Below are positions 25,023 through 34,283 of a DNA stretch of 64,000 bases, piece by piece. The translations under genes and the position numbers were made by a program. Each line of letters starts with the position of its first letter. Positions within the stretch are counted from its first letter, which is position 1. The notes beneath the pieces were generated by a model, which was not told the DNA's origin, ran no database searches, and saw only the letters and a program-made list of their open reading frames with translations. The DNA comes from an uncultured Burkholderiales bacterium (GTDB lineage Bacteria > Actinomycetota > Acidimicrobiia > IMCC26256 > JACPCJ01), in the NCBI GenBank assembly GCA_964438505.1, contig CAYTKN010000013.1, positions 7,626 to 71,625 of the forward strand, given 5' to 3'.

Positions 25023-25115
25023 TCAACGAGGGTTCGCTGTGTGCCGCTCCCCCATGGCGACTCCGGGGCATCGGACTGGAGTTCCGGTCCAGTGCGGTCC
25101 CGCGCGGTCCGGCGC

Positions 25116-25517
25116 TCAGGCCGGCGGTGGTTCGACGCGCTCGACGGTGTCGACCCGGTCGAGGGATCGGTCGAAGGAGGCGACGGTGCCGACGCCGGTG
25201 CTCTCAGCGCACGCCACGAGGTAGGAGTCGGCGAAGTCGATCCGGTCGGTCTCGTACACCTCGACGGCGCGGAGCAACAGCGCGGGGTCGACGCAGGTGA
25301 TCGGCTCGAAGGCAACGATCGAGCGGAGGGCTTCGGCGACGTCTTCGCGGGCCGCTTCGTAGAACGACTCGAGGACGGACACGGTCTCGGCGGCGACGAG
25401 GTCGGTGAGCAACAGGTCGGGTCCGGCGGCGAGGTACGCGGTCGCGCGTGCGGCGGTCTCCGGCGGGTCGCCGGTGAGGTGCCGGACCAGGATGTTCGTG
25501 TCGACGAACGCGCTCAT
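25116..25517 (-). CDS. vapC: PIN-domain toxin VapC
   Basis: MSAFVDTNILVRHLTGD...DFADSYLVACAE...VASFDRSL over 133 aa. ATG 25517 overlaps the antitoxin stop (ATGA). Confidence 0.85.
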   Translation of the reverse strand: MSAFVDTNILVRHLTGDPPETAARATAYLAAGPDLLLTDLVAAETVSVLESFYEAAREDVAEALRSIVAFEPITCVDPALLLRAVEVYETDRIDFADSYLVACAESTGVGTVASFDRSLDRVDTVERVEPPPA

Positions 25518-25762
25518 CGACGCCGCGCGCCCCGCTCGGCTCGACTGCGCCGGAGGACCTCGTCCCACGCGGCGTTGCGCTTCGCTGCCGGCACGCGGAT
25601 CGTTCCGGCGAGGTCGAGGAGGTCGGGGGTGCGCGCGAGCACGGCCCGGTCGCCTTCGACGCGGAAGACGACGGCGTCGCCCTCTTCGATGCCGAGCGCG
25701 TCGCGAACGGCCTTGGGGACGGTCACCTGCCCCTTCGAGGTCATCTTCGCGGCAGCATCCAT
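25514..25762 (-). CDS. AbrB/MazE/SpoVT-family antitoxin
   Basis: MDAAAKMTSKGQVTVPKAVRDALGIEEGDAVVFRVEGDRAVL is a looped-hinge-helix type sequence. AAGGAG lies 7 nt upstream of the start. The inverted repeat TCCTTAC/GTAAGGA (25770-25795) overlaps the RBS. Confidence 0.8.
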   Translation of the reverse strand: MDAAAKMTSKGQVTVPKAVRDALGIEEGDAVVFRVEGDRAVLARTPDLLDLAGTIRVPAAKRNAAWDEVLRRSRAERGARRR

Positions 25763-26155
25763 CACAATCTCCTTACGAATAATGTCAAGTAAGGATACCC
25801 GGCCTCGACCGCGCTCGCAGCCCCTCACAGCACACATGGTGGCCCCGGGGTCCGACAGGAACCCCTCATCACGAACGAGGGGTGGGAGACCCCACCAATC
25901 GACGGGCCACCTGGTTCCACCACACCACAGGACGCCGACTCCACCACCTCACGGGACGCCGACGTGGCGCCGCTACGACGCGGACGTGGTCGACGCGTGC
26001 CTCCGGGTGGTGCCCGAGATGACCGTCTGAGATGCCTCGGGGTCGGACGGCGCCGATGACCCACGAGCCGTCCGGCGGGACAGACGCAGCGAGGGGCCGG
26101 CGTGCCCGATGTGCACGTCGCCGACCACGACGACGGCCGGGCAGACCAACACGTC

Positions 26156-27655
26156 TCAGCGTTCGCGACCCTGCGCGGGCGGGAACCAGATCCTCGTGGG
26201 ACCTCGGGCTCGCTGTGGGATCAGCACCGGCTCGGTGTTCCAGTCCTCGAGGCACGAGTAGCGGATCGGAGTATCACGCCGGTCGGACTGGGCGGGGGCG
26301 GTGACGAAGATGAGCTGCGGGTCGTCCGTGCAGATCCGCTCATTGAGCTGTTCGGACTTCAGGTCGAGCACCTTGCGGTCCAGGTAGTACCGGAGCTCGT
26401 AGGGGAACGGGTCGTCGGTGATGACCTCGGTGTCGGCGTCTCGCGCTTCGATCGCCGCGGCCGTCTCCTTGAAGGCTTCGCGCGGTTCTCGGACGTGCGC
26501 GAGGACGTGGTCCACGAAGCTGGTCGAGACGCTGACGAGCAGCGCGGCGAGCGCGGCGGCGCCGAGCGCCCGCGTCCAACGCGGGCGTGCCAGCGCGACC
26601 CCGACGCGCGCGAGGCCGATGCCGAAGAGGGTGAGGGTGGGCACGAGGACGGGGCTCGTGTACCGGGCGTACACCGGGATCTCCCGCACGGCGAGGACGG
26701 CGAAGAAGCCGACGATCGGCACCGCCAGGAGTGCCAGCAGCCACCGGTCGTTCCTCGCGAGCCACACGGCTCCGTACACGACCACCGCGCCTCCGACGAC
26801 GACGCCGAGCGCGCCCGCGAGGCTCGGGTGCACGAACTGGAGGACGGGGGTGACGAAGCGTTCGAGCGGTCCCGTGACGACGCCGTGTGGCGGGACGACG
26901 GCGCCGCCGCGGCGTTCGGTGACCGAGCCGCTGACGTCGACAAGCTCTCCGAGGAGTGGCCAGTAGAGGCCGATGGAGGCGACGCCTGCTGCGGCCGTGG
27001 CGACCACTGCTCCAAGGCGCGCCCGGTGGTTCAGCAGGAGCACGCCGGTGTGGAGGAGGAAGGGGACGGCCATGACCGGCAGCGCCCAGATCCCGACCGC
27101 GCCGCTCGCTGCGAGCACCGCGACCCACCGCTTCGGTCCCCCGTCGGACAGCCGGGTGGAGGCCACGATCCACAGCGCTGCCGCGAGGAACGCCAGGCCG
27201 TAGCCGCGGGCGAGTCGCGACTGCACGAAGTGCATGGGGGACACGAGGAACACCGCGGCGATGACGACGGCGGTCCACGGCGTCAGGCGCCTCCAGAGCC
27301 ACGTGCCCAGCACCGCGACGGCCGCGATCGCCGGCAGGGTGCTGCCGAGGCGGTACAGCACCTCGGAGCCACCGACGAGTGATCCGGCGGCCCATGTGAG
27401 CACGCTGTATGCCACGTGGTTGTTGATCTTGTAGATGCTCGGGTCGTAGATGCTGCCGAGGCCGGGGTCGACGTAGTTGACGACCGTCCAGAGCTCGTCT
27501 TCCCAGAAGCTCTGGCCGAGGCCGGGAAGGCGGCTGGCGAGGAACGCGATCGCGAGGGCGATCCCGGCGGCGAGGGCGATCCACCACGACGTGGTGCGCG
27601 ACGGCGCCACGAGGCGGGACCGGCCCGAGCTCAGCAGCTTGGCGACGGTCGCCAT
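26156..27655 (-). CDS. GT-C-type membrane glycosyltransferase (ArnT/PMT_2-like)
   Basis: 499 aa counted from ATG 27655. The first loop reads GQSFWEDELWTVVNY (acidic DE motif). About 11 TM helices precede a soluble C-terminal domain. Confidence 0.75.
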   Translation of the reverse strand: MATVAKLLSSGRSRLVAPSRTTSWWIALAAGIALAIAFLASRLPGLGQSFWEDELWTVVNYVDPGLGSIYDPSIYKINNHVAYSVLTWAAGSLVGGSEVLYRLGSTLPAIAAVAVLGTWLWRRLTPWTAVVIAAVFLVSPMHFVQSRLARGYGLAFLAAALWIVASTRLSDGGPKRWVAVLAASGAVGIWALPVMAVPFLLHTGVLLLNHRARLGAVVATAAAGVASIGLYWPLLGELVDVSGSVTERRGGAVVPPHGVVTGPLERFVTPVLQFVHPSLAGALGVVVGGAVVVYGAVWLARNDRWLLALLAVPIVGFFAVLAVREIPVYARYTSPVLVPTLTLFGIGLARVGVALARPRWTRALGAAALAALLVSVSTSFVDHVLAHVREPREAFKETAAAIEARDADTEVITDDPFPYELRYYLDRKVLDLKSEQLNERICTDDPQLIFVTAPAQSDRRDTPIRYSCLEDWNTEPVLIPQRARGPTRIWFPPAQGRER

Positions 27656-27662
27656 GCGGTTC

Positions 27663-28628
27663 TCAGTACCCGTACCGCCGCCGCAGCGGGGCGGTGAGCA
27701 TCGAGAGGGCGAGGTCGCTGCCGCGGGGTCGCGTCCGGCCGTCTCCCTCGGTGTCGGGCGTGTCGGGCGTCTCGGTGTGGTCGGCACCGATGGTGATGCG
27801 ACCCGATCCGGTTCGGCCGGGGTTGCCTCCGACCATGTGGGTGGCGGCCACCTCCACGGTTCGGTCGTCGACGAAGGGTGTCACCGCGTCGCGCTCCGCG
27901 ACCATCTCGAGGACTCGCGCCACCGATCCCCTGGGTCGTACCGAGAGGTCCTCGTAGCGGAGCAGCATCGATCGTTCGTTGGTGAGGCGCCGCCGGGCGA
28001 TCTCGGCGACGGCGTTGCGAGCCGTCCACGACAGGGCAGTGTGCAGGGAGCCGTAGCGCGGCATCGTGTCCTGGTCCTCGCGGTCGGTCCACGCCTTGGG
28101 CCGCGCCCACGAGCGGGCGACGGCGCGGGGGTCGCGCACGAGTTGGACGGCGTAGGGCGCGACTTCGGGGACGAGGCCGAGCGCGGCGGGGTGGAGGGCG
28201 AGCTTGGACGAGTCGACGACGACGTTCGCTCCCGCCTCCAGAGCGATCGCCCGGTAGAGGCGCCCGGCGATGTCGGTCCACTCGTCGAGGGCGCGCCATC
28301 GTCGTGGTGGCGTCGGTGGCTGGCGGAGCAGCCGGGGTGCGAGGTGCCACCGGATCACTCGCTGCTGGAGCGCGTGGAGTCGCCGGCCTTCGGCGGCGGT
28401 CGGTTCGATCCCGGCGTCGGCGAGGACGTTCCGCCAGAACGGGCACGTGGGGACGGGTTCGCCGCAGGCGCAGCGGTACCCGCGGGCGAGGCCCCAGTCC
28501 CACAGGTAGACGAGCTCGCCGACGCTGGCGAACCCGTCGGTGGCACCGAGGACGTTGTCGAGGAGGGTGCTGCCGCTGCGCCCCTTGCCGACGATGAACA
28601 GGGTCTTGACGGGGTGCTCCACGCTCAT
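27663..28628 (-). CDS. Sulfotransferase-family protein (PAPS-type P-loop)
   Basis: 321 aa counted from ATG 28628. FIVGKGRSGSTLL is a 5'-PSB-like loop. RDPRAVARSW and a CxCGExVxxCPFW motif are present. Confidence 0.8.
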   Translation of the reverse strand: MSVEHPVKTLFIVGKGRSGSTLLDNVLGATDGFASVGELVYLWDWGLARGYRCACGEPVPTCPFWRNVLADAGIEPTAAEGRRLHALQQRVIRWHLAPRLLRQPPTPPRRWRALDEWTDIAGRLYRAIALEAGANVVVDSSKLALHPAALGLVPEVAPYAVQLVRDPRAVARSWARPKAWTDREDQDTMPRYGSLHTALSWTARNAVAEIARRRLTNERSMLLRYEDLSVRPRGSVARVLEMVAERDAVTPFVDDRTVEVAATHMVGGNPGRTGSGRITIGADHTETPDTPDTEGDGRTRPRGSDLALSMLTAPLRRRYGY

Positions 28629-29596
28629 GTGCTCGGGGGATACCTCTCGGTGGTCGTTCGCAGCGGGTAGCCGTAGCGTGCGAGGAGCGGCGCTGCGAGG
28701 GCGGTGGAGACGAGCGCGTCGCGGCGTGGGAGCGAGGCGCGCCATTCGGTGTCCTCGCGGATGGTCACCGAGCGGCGGCCGACGCGGTCGGGGTTGCCGC
28801 CGACGGTGTGGTTCTCGGCGATCTCGAAGTCGGGGCCGGTGGGTGCGAGGTCGGGGTCGAGGTCGACGAGCTCGAGGATCCGGCGCATGGCGCCGGTCGG
28901 GTCGGCGGCGAAGTCCTCGTAGCGCAGCAGCAGGGAGGGGGCGGTGCTGGTCCTGCGGAGGAGCTCGACGACGAGGTTGCGGACCGTCCAGCTCATCGTG
29001 CTGTACGCGGCGCCGTAGGTGGGCATCATGGCCCCGGAGTCCCGGTCGGTGAAGGCCTTCTCCCGCTTCCAGGAGTGGACGACGGCGCGGGGGTCGCGCA
29101 CGAGCTGGAGGAGGCGGGGTCGGATCCCGGGCACGTAGCCGAGCATGGCGGGTTCGAGGGGGATCTTCGAGGCGTCGACGATCACGTCGCTGCCGGTGAC
29201 GTCGCGCACGGCCCGGTAGAGCTGGGCCTTCAGCTCCGACCACTCGCGCAGCGCGCGCCATCGCCGTCGGGTGAGGTCGCGGCTGGCGAGGTGGAGGCGG
29301 GGGGCGTGGTGCCAGCGGATGACGCGGCGTTGGAGCGCGAGGACCTCCTCGTGGCCCCGCGCCGGGGCGCCGGGGAGCCGGGCGAGCACCTCCGACCAGA
29401 TCGGGCAGCGGGCGACGTGCTCGCCGCAGCCACATCGGACGCCCTGCTCGAACCCCCAGTCCCAGAGGTGGACGAGCTCGCCGGCGGTGAACACCCCGTC
29501 GATCTGGCCGAGCAGGTTGTCGAGGATGGTGCTGCCGCTTCGTCCCTTGCCGAGGATGAACAGCACCGTGACGTCGCTGGTGGTGGTGTCGCTCAC
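28625..29596 (-). CDS. Sulfotransferase-family protein, paralogue of 27663..28628
   Basis: 323 aa counted from GTG 29596. FILGKGRSGSTIL, RDPRAVVHSW and CGCGEHVARCPIW are present. Both ends overlap neighbours by 4 nt: its GTG start with the upstream stop (GTGA) and its stop with the downstream ATG (ATGA). Confidence 0.8.
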   Translation of the reverse strand: MSDTTTSDVTVLFILGKGRSGSTILDNLLGQIDGVFTAGELVHLWDWGFEQGVRCGCGEHVARCPIWSEVLARLPGAPARGHEEVLALQRRVIRWHHAPRLHLASRDLTRRRWRALREWSELKAQLYRAVRDVTGSDVIVDASKIPLEPAMLGYVPGIRPRLLQLVRDPRAVVHSWKREKAFTDRDSGAMMPTYGAAYSTMSWTVRNLVVELLRRTSTAPSLLLRYEDFAADPTGAMRRILELVDLDPDLAPTGPDFEIAENHTVGGNPDRVGRRSVTIREDTEWRASLPRRDALVSTALAAPLLARYGYPLRTTTERYPPST

Positions 29597-30591
29597 GGGT
29601 CGGTGGGACCTCCGTCGGTCGTGGAGACGCTGAGGTCGTCCCGGTCGATGTCGGGGGCCGCTTCGTCGGCGACGGCTCCGACACTCCGGGAGGGGCCGCG
29701 CACGGCGAGGCCGAGCGCGACGCTGCCGAGCACGGCGAAGGAGGCGAGGCGGTGGACGACGGTGGCCATGAGTCCGACGGCGACGGGGAGGCCGACGAGG
29801 GGGCTGATGCCCGCGGCGATGGCTTCTCGGAGGCCGAGGCCTCCGGGGAAGATGCCGACGGCGGCCGCCGCGGCGCCGGCGACGGTGAGGGCGACGGCCT
29901 GGGTGGCGTCGACGTCGAAGCCGAGGCCTTCGATGATGAGGAAGAGCCGGAGCCCGTTGACGACCACGAAGGCCACCTCGATGAGGGCGACGCGCACCGC
30001 GAGCGCCGGCGCCCGTTCGGCGCCGACCCGTCGGCTCATCCACGCGTAGGCGATCACGAGGCCCACGAGCGCGACCGCGGTCCAGGCGGCGCCGAGCGCG
30101 GGCGATCCGAGCGCGAGTTGGGCGACGCCGGCGATGAGCACGGTGATGGCCACCCACCCGGCTCCGATGAGGGCGGTGGCGGAGACGGCTTCGCGGTAGC
30201 CGGGGCCGAGCTGGCGGAGGGCCTGGACGCGCACGAGCGCGGCGCCGGGGAGGGGCAGGAGGTTGGCGGCGTTGGCGATGACGGTGACCCGCAGCGCGCG
30301 CGAGGCGGGGACGCGGTGGCCGACCATCAGCGCGGAGGTGTGGAACTCCATGCCGTTGAGGAAGACGGTGGGTGGGACCCCGCCGACGGAGCCGAGCAGC
30401 AGCGGCCACCACTCGAGGCCGCCTTCCACGTCGGGGAAGCGTTGGAAGGCGAAGTATCCGGCGCCGAGGAACACGAGAGCCGAGAGCACGAGCAGCGCGC
30501 GCTCGACTCGCGGCGAGCGTTGCTCGGCGCGGCGGCGGAGCAGGCCGCCGACGGCTGCGCTCCATCGGGCGAGCTGGGGCCGTGAGGCCAC
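29593..30591 (-). CDS. Polytopic membrane protein, flippase-like (LPG-synthase-TM / UPF0104-like)
   Basis: Track ORF of 332 aa with about 8 TM helices. The motif GIFPGGLGLREA is typical of that family as I recall it. Confidence 0.55.
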   Translation of the reverse strand: MASRPQLARWSAAVGGLLRRRAEQRSPRVERALLVLSALVFLGAGYFAFQRFPDVEGGLEWWPLLLGSVGGVPPTVFLNGMEFHTSALMVGHRVPASRALRVTVIANAANLLPLPGAALVRVQALRQLGPGYREAVSATALIGAGWVAITVLIAGVAQLALGSPALGAAWTAVALVGLVIAYAWMSRRVGAERAPALAVRVALIEVAFVVVNGLRLFLIIEGLGFDVDATQAVALTVAGAAAAAVGIFPGGLGLREAIAAGISPLVGLPVAVGLMATVVHRLASFAVLGSVALGLAVRGPSRSVGAVADEAAPDIDRDDLSVSTTDGGPTDP

Positions 30592-30595
30592 GCCG

Positions 30596-31705
30596 TCACT
30601 CCCCTTCGACGAGTCCGAGCACGGCGACGAGCTCGTCGCTGTAGCGCTCGGGTGACGAGCGTGCGGCCGTCTCGGCTTGGAAGCGGGCGGCGATCTCGAG
30701 GCGGTGGTCGCTGTCCGCGCGCAGCTCGAGGATGCGGTCCACGAACTGGTCGGCGGCTTCGGGGTCGCAGAGGTAGCCGGTGGCGCCGTCGGTCATGGCG
30801 TCCTCGATGCCTTCGAGGCGGGAGGCGACGACGGCGGTGCCGGCGACGGCGGCTTCGATGGCGGCGAGGCCGAACCCTTCCATGTCGTCGCGCACGGCGA
30901 TGTTGGGCATGACGAAGCAGTCGGCACCGAGGAGCACGGTGTCGCGGAGGTGGTCGTCGACGTTGCCGAGCAGGTGGACCCGGTGGTCGAGGCCGCCGCT
31001 GTCGACGGCGGCGACGATGGCGTCGGCGTCGTCGCCGGTGCCGGCGACGACGAGGTGCACGTCGTCGGGGAGCTTCGGGAGCACGTCGGTGACGAACCAG
31101 CGCACGCCCTTGCGTCGCACGAGCCGGCCGACGCTGGCGACGACGAAGGTGTCGTCGTCGAGGTCGAGGAGCCGGCGCAGCTCGCGGGCGCGTGCAGCGC
31201 GCTCACCGGTGGGTGGGGGTGCGAGGTCGGTGGCGGGGTTGACGACGTCGGTGCACCCCGCGGGGATCCCCGACGTGTGGGCGACCTGCGCGGTGGCGCT
31301 GCTGTTGGCCACGACGCGGTCAACGCGGCGCAGCACGCGGCTCACGGCGGCGCGGTAGCCGGGGAACGGGAAGGTGAGGTCGAGGCCGTGCACCATCACG
31401 ACGACGCGCACGCCGGGGAGGAGCCGCAGCGGCGACATGACGGCCCCGGTGATGGCGTCGCCGCAGAGGACGATCCGGGAGCGGCGGGTGAGCACGAGCG
31501 CGGCGACGCGCACGAGGGCGACGGGCAGGAACCACACGAGGTGGCGTTGCGAGCGGCCGAGGGCGACGAGCCGTGAGGGCCCGTGGCGGCGGAGCGCTTC
31601 GTGGACCTGCCGGGCGAGGGTCTGCATGCCGCCGACGGTGGGCGGGAACTTGCGGGTGACGAACACGACCTGCTCGGTGGTCGCTGCGTGAGGCGAGGGA
31701 GTCAT
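30596..31705 (-). CDS. GT4-family glycosyltransferase
   Basis: VVFVTRKFPPTVGGMQT is followed by a GT-B C-terminal half with EGFGLAAIEAAVAGTAVV (E-x7-E region). The alternative start GTG 31738 is the track start. Confidence 0.8.
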   Translation of the reverse strand: MTPSPHAATTEQVVFVTRKFPPTVGGMQTLARQVHEALRRHGPSRLVALGRSQRHLVWFLPVALVRVAALVLTRRSRIVLCGDAITGAVMSPLRLLPGVRVVVMVHGLDLTFPFPGYRAAVSRVLRRVDRVVANSSATAQVAHTSGIPAGCTDVVNPATDLAPPPTGERAARARELRRLLDLDDDTFVVASVGRLVRRKGVRWFVTDVLPKLPDDVHLVVAGTGDDADAIVAAVDSGGLDHRVHLLGNVDDHLRDTVLLGADCFVMPNIAVRDDMEGFGLAAIEAAVAGTAVVASRLEGIEDAMTDGATGYLCDPEAADQFVDRILELRADSDHRLEIAARFQAETAARSSPERYSDELVAVLGLVEGE

Positions 31706-31747
31706 GGGGTCGGAGGGGATCGGAGCGCGGGACGGCACGTCCCGAGG

Positions 31748-32641
31748 TCACATCGACGCGGGGTCGACCTGGTCGGACGGTCGGGTGACGCGCACGACCA
31801 GGTCGGCGAGCAGGCCGATCGCGAAGACCTGGAAGGCGGCGAAGAGGATGAGCAGGGTGTTGGTGGCGACGCGGAACTCCTTGTCGAAGGCGTCGAATCC
31901 GAGCTTGCCGAGGCCGATGGCGGTGAGGAGGAAGCCGATGGGCAGGAAGACGCGCAACGGGTTGTAGGAGAGGATCATCCGGATGACCTGGGTGACGTAC
32001 TTCTTGGTGTCGGTCCAGGGGTGGAACTTCGACTCGCCGGCTCGGGCCTTGTAGTCGATCGGCGTGTACTTGATGGAGTAGCCGCCGGAGAGGAACGCCA
32101 TCGTCATGGTGGTGACGCACGAGAACCCGGGCGGCAGGTGGTGGAGGTACTGGGCGGCGACGGCGCGGCGGAAGGCCCGGAACCCGGAGTTGAGGTCGGG
32201 GATCTCGGTCTGGGTGAGGTACTGGGCGAGCTTGCGGATCGTCCACTTGGCGGGCACCCGGAAGAACTTCTTGGTGCCCTGCTCGGAGCTGCGCGCCCCG
32301 ACGACCTGGTCGTGGCCTTCGAGCTCCTTGACGAGCCGGGGGATCTCGTCGTTCGGGTAGGTCATGTCGACGTCGGTCCAGACGACCACCTCGCCGCGCG
32401 CCGCGTGGGTGCCGACGCGGCGCGCGGAGCCCGATCCGCGGTTCCGGCTGAACCGGAAGAGGCGGATGCCGTCGATCTCGCGCAGCTCGTCGGCGGAGCC
32501 GTCGGTGCTGCCGTCGTCGACGACGACGATCTCGAAGCTGTAGGGGGAGGCGTCGAGCGCCGCGCGGATGCGGTCGATCTCCTCGCGGAGGTGTCCGGCC
32601 TCGTTGTAGACGGGTAGGACGACGGAGACGTCGACTCTCAT
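31748..32641 (-). CDS. GT2 polyprenol-phosphate glycosyltransferase (DPM1/GtrB-like) with C-terminal TM helices
   Basis: VSVVLPVYNEAGHL, VVVDDGSTDGS and VWTDVDMTY (DxD) are present, followed by two C-terminal TM helices. Confidence 0.85.
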   Translation of the reverse strand: MRVDVSVVLPVYNEAGHLREEIDRIRAALDASPYSFEIVVVDDGSTDGSADELREIDGIRLFRFSRNRGSGSARRVGTHAARGEVVVWTDVDMTYPNDEIPRLVKELEGHDQVVGARSSEQGTKKFFRVPAKWTIRKLAQYLTQTEIPDLNSGFRAFRRAVAAQYLHHLPPGFSCVTTMTMAFLSGGYSIKYTPIDYKARAGESKFHPWTDTKKYVTQVIRMILSYNPLRVFLPIGFLLTAIGLGKLGFDAFDKEFRVATNTLLILFAAFQVFAIGLLADLVVRVTRPSDQVDPASM

Positions 32642-32726
32642 CGGGAGCTCCTCGTGGACGACACCGTGGGGGCCACCTCCGTGGCTCGGTCACCGAGCCG
32701 CGCGGCGCCACCGCACATCTCCAAGC

Positions 32727-34283
32727 CTACGCACGCTCCGGCGTGGTGAGTCGCTTCAAGGTCTCGCCACGGACGAGGCCGTAGTGGCCCTCGCGGGCGA
32801 CGAGGTGGTCGGTGATCTCCGGATCCACGAAGCCGGGTAGGCGGTCGAGGCGGACGAGGACGAGGTGCTCGTCCCCCACGTCCGGGACTCGTTCCGGATC
32901 CGCCGTCCTCGCCGGGCGGTCCCAGTACCAGGACAGCCACCGCGGTGTCGAGATCCCCCCGGTGAACCAGGCCACGCCTTGCGAGGCCGGTGGGTCGTGT
33001 GCCTCGACGAGCGAGCCGGCGTCGGCCGGGTCGGTGTAGTAGCGGGCCTGTGTGTCGCTCGTCGTGATGCCGACGAATCCGACGCCGGCGATCGCGCCGA
33101 CACCGGCGATGGCCGCGACGGCCGGCAGGCGGGGGGCGTGGGTTCGGAGCAGGTCGAGGAGCGCGGCCGTGCCGACGGCGGCGGGCGCGAGGAGCCAGAA
33201 GTTCCAGTAGTCGTGGATGAAGGCGCCGTTGGGGAGTCCCACGCCCCAGCCCACGGTCACGGCGGTGAGGACGAGCACGGCGATCCGGGTCCGCCGGTGC
33301 CACAGCCCGGCGAGGATCGCGGGGCCGAGCAGCACGAGGTACCAGGACGGGAGGAGGTCGCGCGCGAAGCGGAGTTGGCGCCGCACGAACTCCTCGGTCG
33401 TGAAGCCGCCTCCGGTGGTGCGGAACTCCGCTTGGTTGACCATCGATCCGAGCCCGGAGATGCCGACCACCCACGCGACGCTCAGGAGGAAGCCGAGCAG
33501 CATCCCGGCGCCGACGAGGAGCGTCGGTCGGTCGAAGCGCCTGGCGGCGAAGAGCCAGAGCCCGAGACCGGCCGCGGCGAAGGCGCCCTGCCAGGACCAC
33601 GCGGCGGTGAGCGCGCCGGTCAGCGCCGTGCCCCACACGAGCCAGCGCGGCGGGTCGGGGTGTTCGCGGAGGTAGGCGATCGCGGCGACGAGGAGCAGCA
33701 CCGGTGTGAAGCCCCGCAGGACTCGGGCGTACACCCAGAAGAGGTCGGTGGCGATCATCAGCGCGAGCGCCACCAGGATCGGGGCCCACCGGAGCTTCAG
33801 GCTCCGCATGGCCATCGCGGCGAAGGGGATGGTCGCGAGGCCCGAGAGGTACGGGAAGAGCCGCATCTGCTCCTCGCCTTGGCCGACGACTCCGGTGACC
33901 GCGACGTACGCGAAGTTCGGCAGTGGCGGGTGGTGGGCGTAGTTGCCCATGTAGGGGCCGGTGTCGGCCACCCACGACGACCCGAGGAGGCCGAGCTCCC
34001 AGAAGTTGCGGACCCTGAGCGCCTGGGCGCCGAGCAGGGTGCCGTCGCGGCTGTCACCGAAGGGCAACCAGAACGTCGGCCACCACGTCGCGGCGACCAC
34101 CGCGACCATGAGCGCGACCACGATCCAGGGAAGCCAGGTGCCGGCGGTGCCGCCCCACGGGCGGTCGAGCGGCCACCGGCGCTGCGGGCCCGCCGAGTCG
34201 GCGTGCCGCCGCTCGTCCGAGCCGGTGGAGCCGGTGGGGTCGGGGTCTGCTGGGTGCTCGTGCGTTGCCGAGGGCATCGTCAC
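32727..34283 (-). CDS. GT-C-type membrane glycosyltransferase
   Basis: Track ORF of 518 aa. The first-loop region reads WLPFGDSRDGTLLG...YAHHPPLPNFAY. It has more than 10 TM helices and a soluble tail. An alternative start is ATG 34277. Confidence 0.7.
   Translation of the reverse strand: MTMPSATHEHPADPDPTGSTGSDERRHADSAGPQRRWPLDRPWGGTAGTWLPWIVVALMVAVVAATWWPTFWLPFGDSRDGTLLGAQALRVRNFWELGLLGSSWVADTGPYMGNYAHHPPLPNFAYVAVTGVVGQGEEQMRLFPYLSGLATIPFAAMAMRSLKLRWAPILVALALMIATDLFWVYARVLRGFTPVLLLVAAIAYLREHPDPPRWLVWGTALTGALTAAWSWQGAFAAAGLGLWLFAARRFDRPTLLVGAGMLLGFLLSVAWVVGISGLGSMVNQAEFRTTGGGFTTEEFVRRQLRFARDLLPSWYLVLLGPAILAGLWHRRTRIAVLVLTAVTVGWGVGLPNGAFIHDYWNFWLLAPAAVGTAALLDLLRTHAPRLPAVAAIAGVGAIAGVGFVGITTSDTQARYYTDPADAGSLVEAHDPPASQGVAWFTGGISTPRWLSWYWDRPARTADPERVPDVGDEHLVLVRLDRLPGFVDPEITDHLVAREGHYGLVRGETLKRLTTPERA

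Noticed and set aside
25783-25788. TTGACA upstream of the AbrB-type antitoxin as a -35 box
   Set aside because: It lies only about 21 nt from the ATG, and no acceptable -10 follows at 16-18 nt. It cannot be a standard promoter for this gene.
25840-26155. Possible metallophosphoesterase remnant (minus-strand GTG 26152: VLVCPAVVVVGDVHIGHAGP...) and other coding-like debris
   Set aside because: The GDxH-like motif is suggestive, but the frame degenerates within about 20 codons and no consistent reading frame continues. It is too short to support without a database search.
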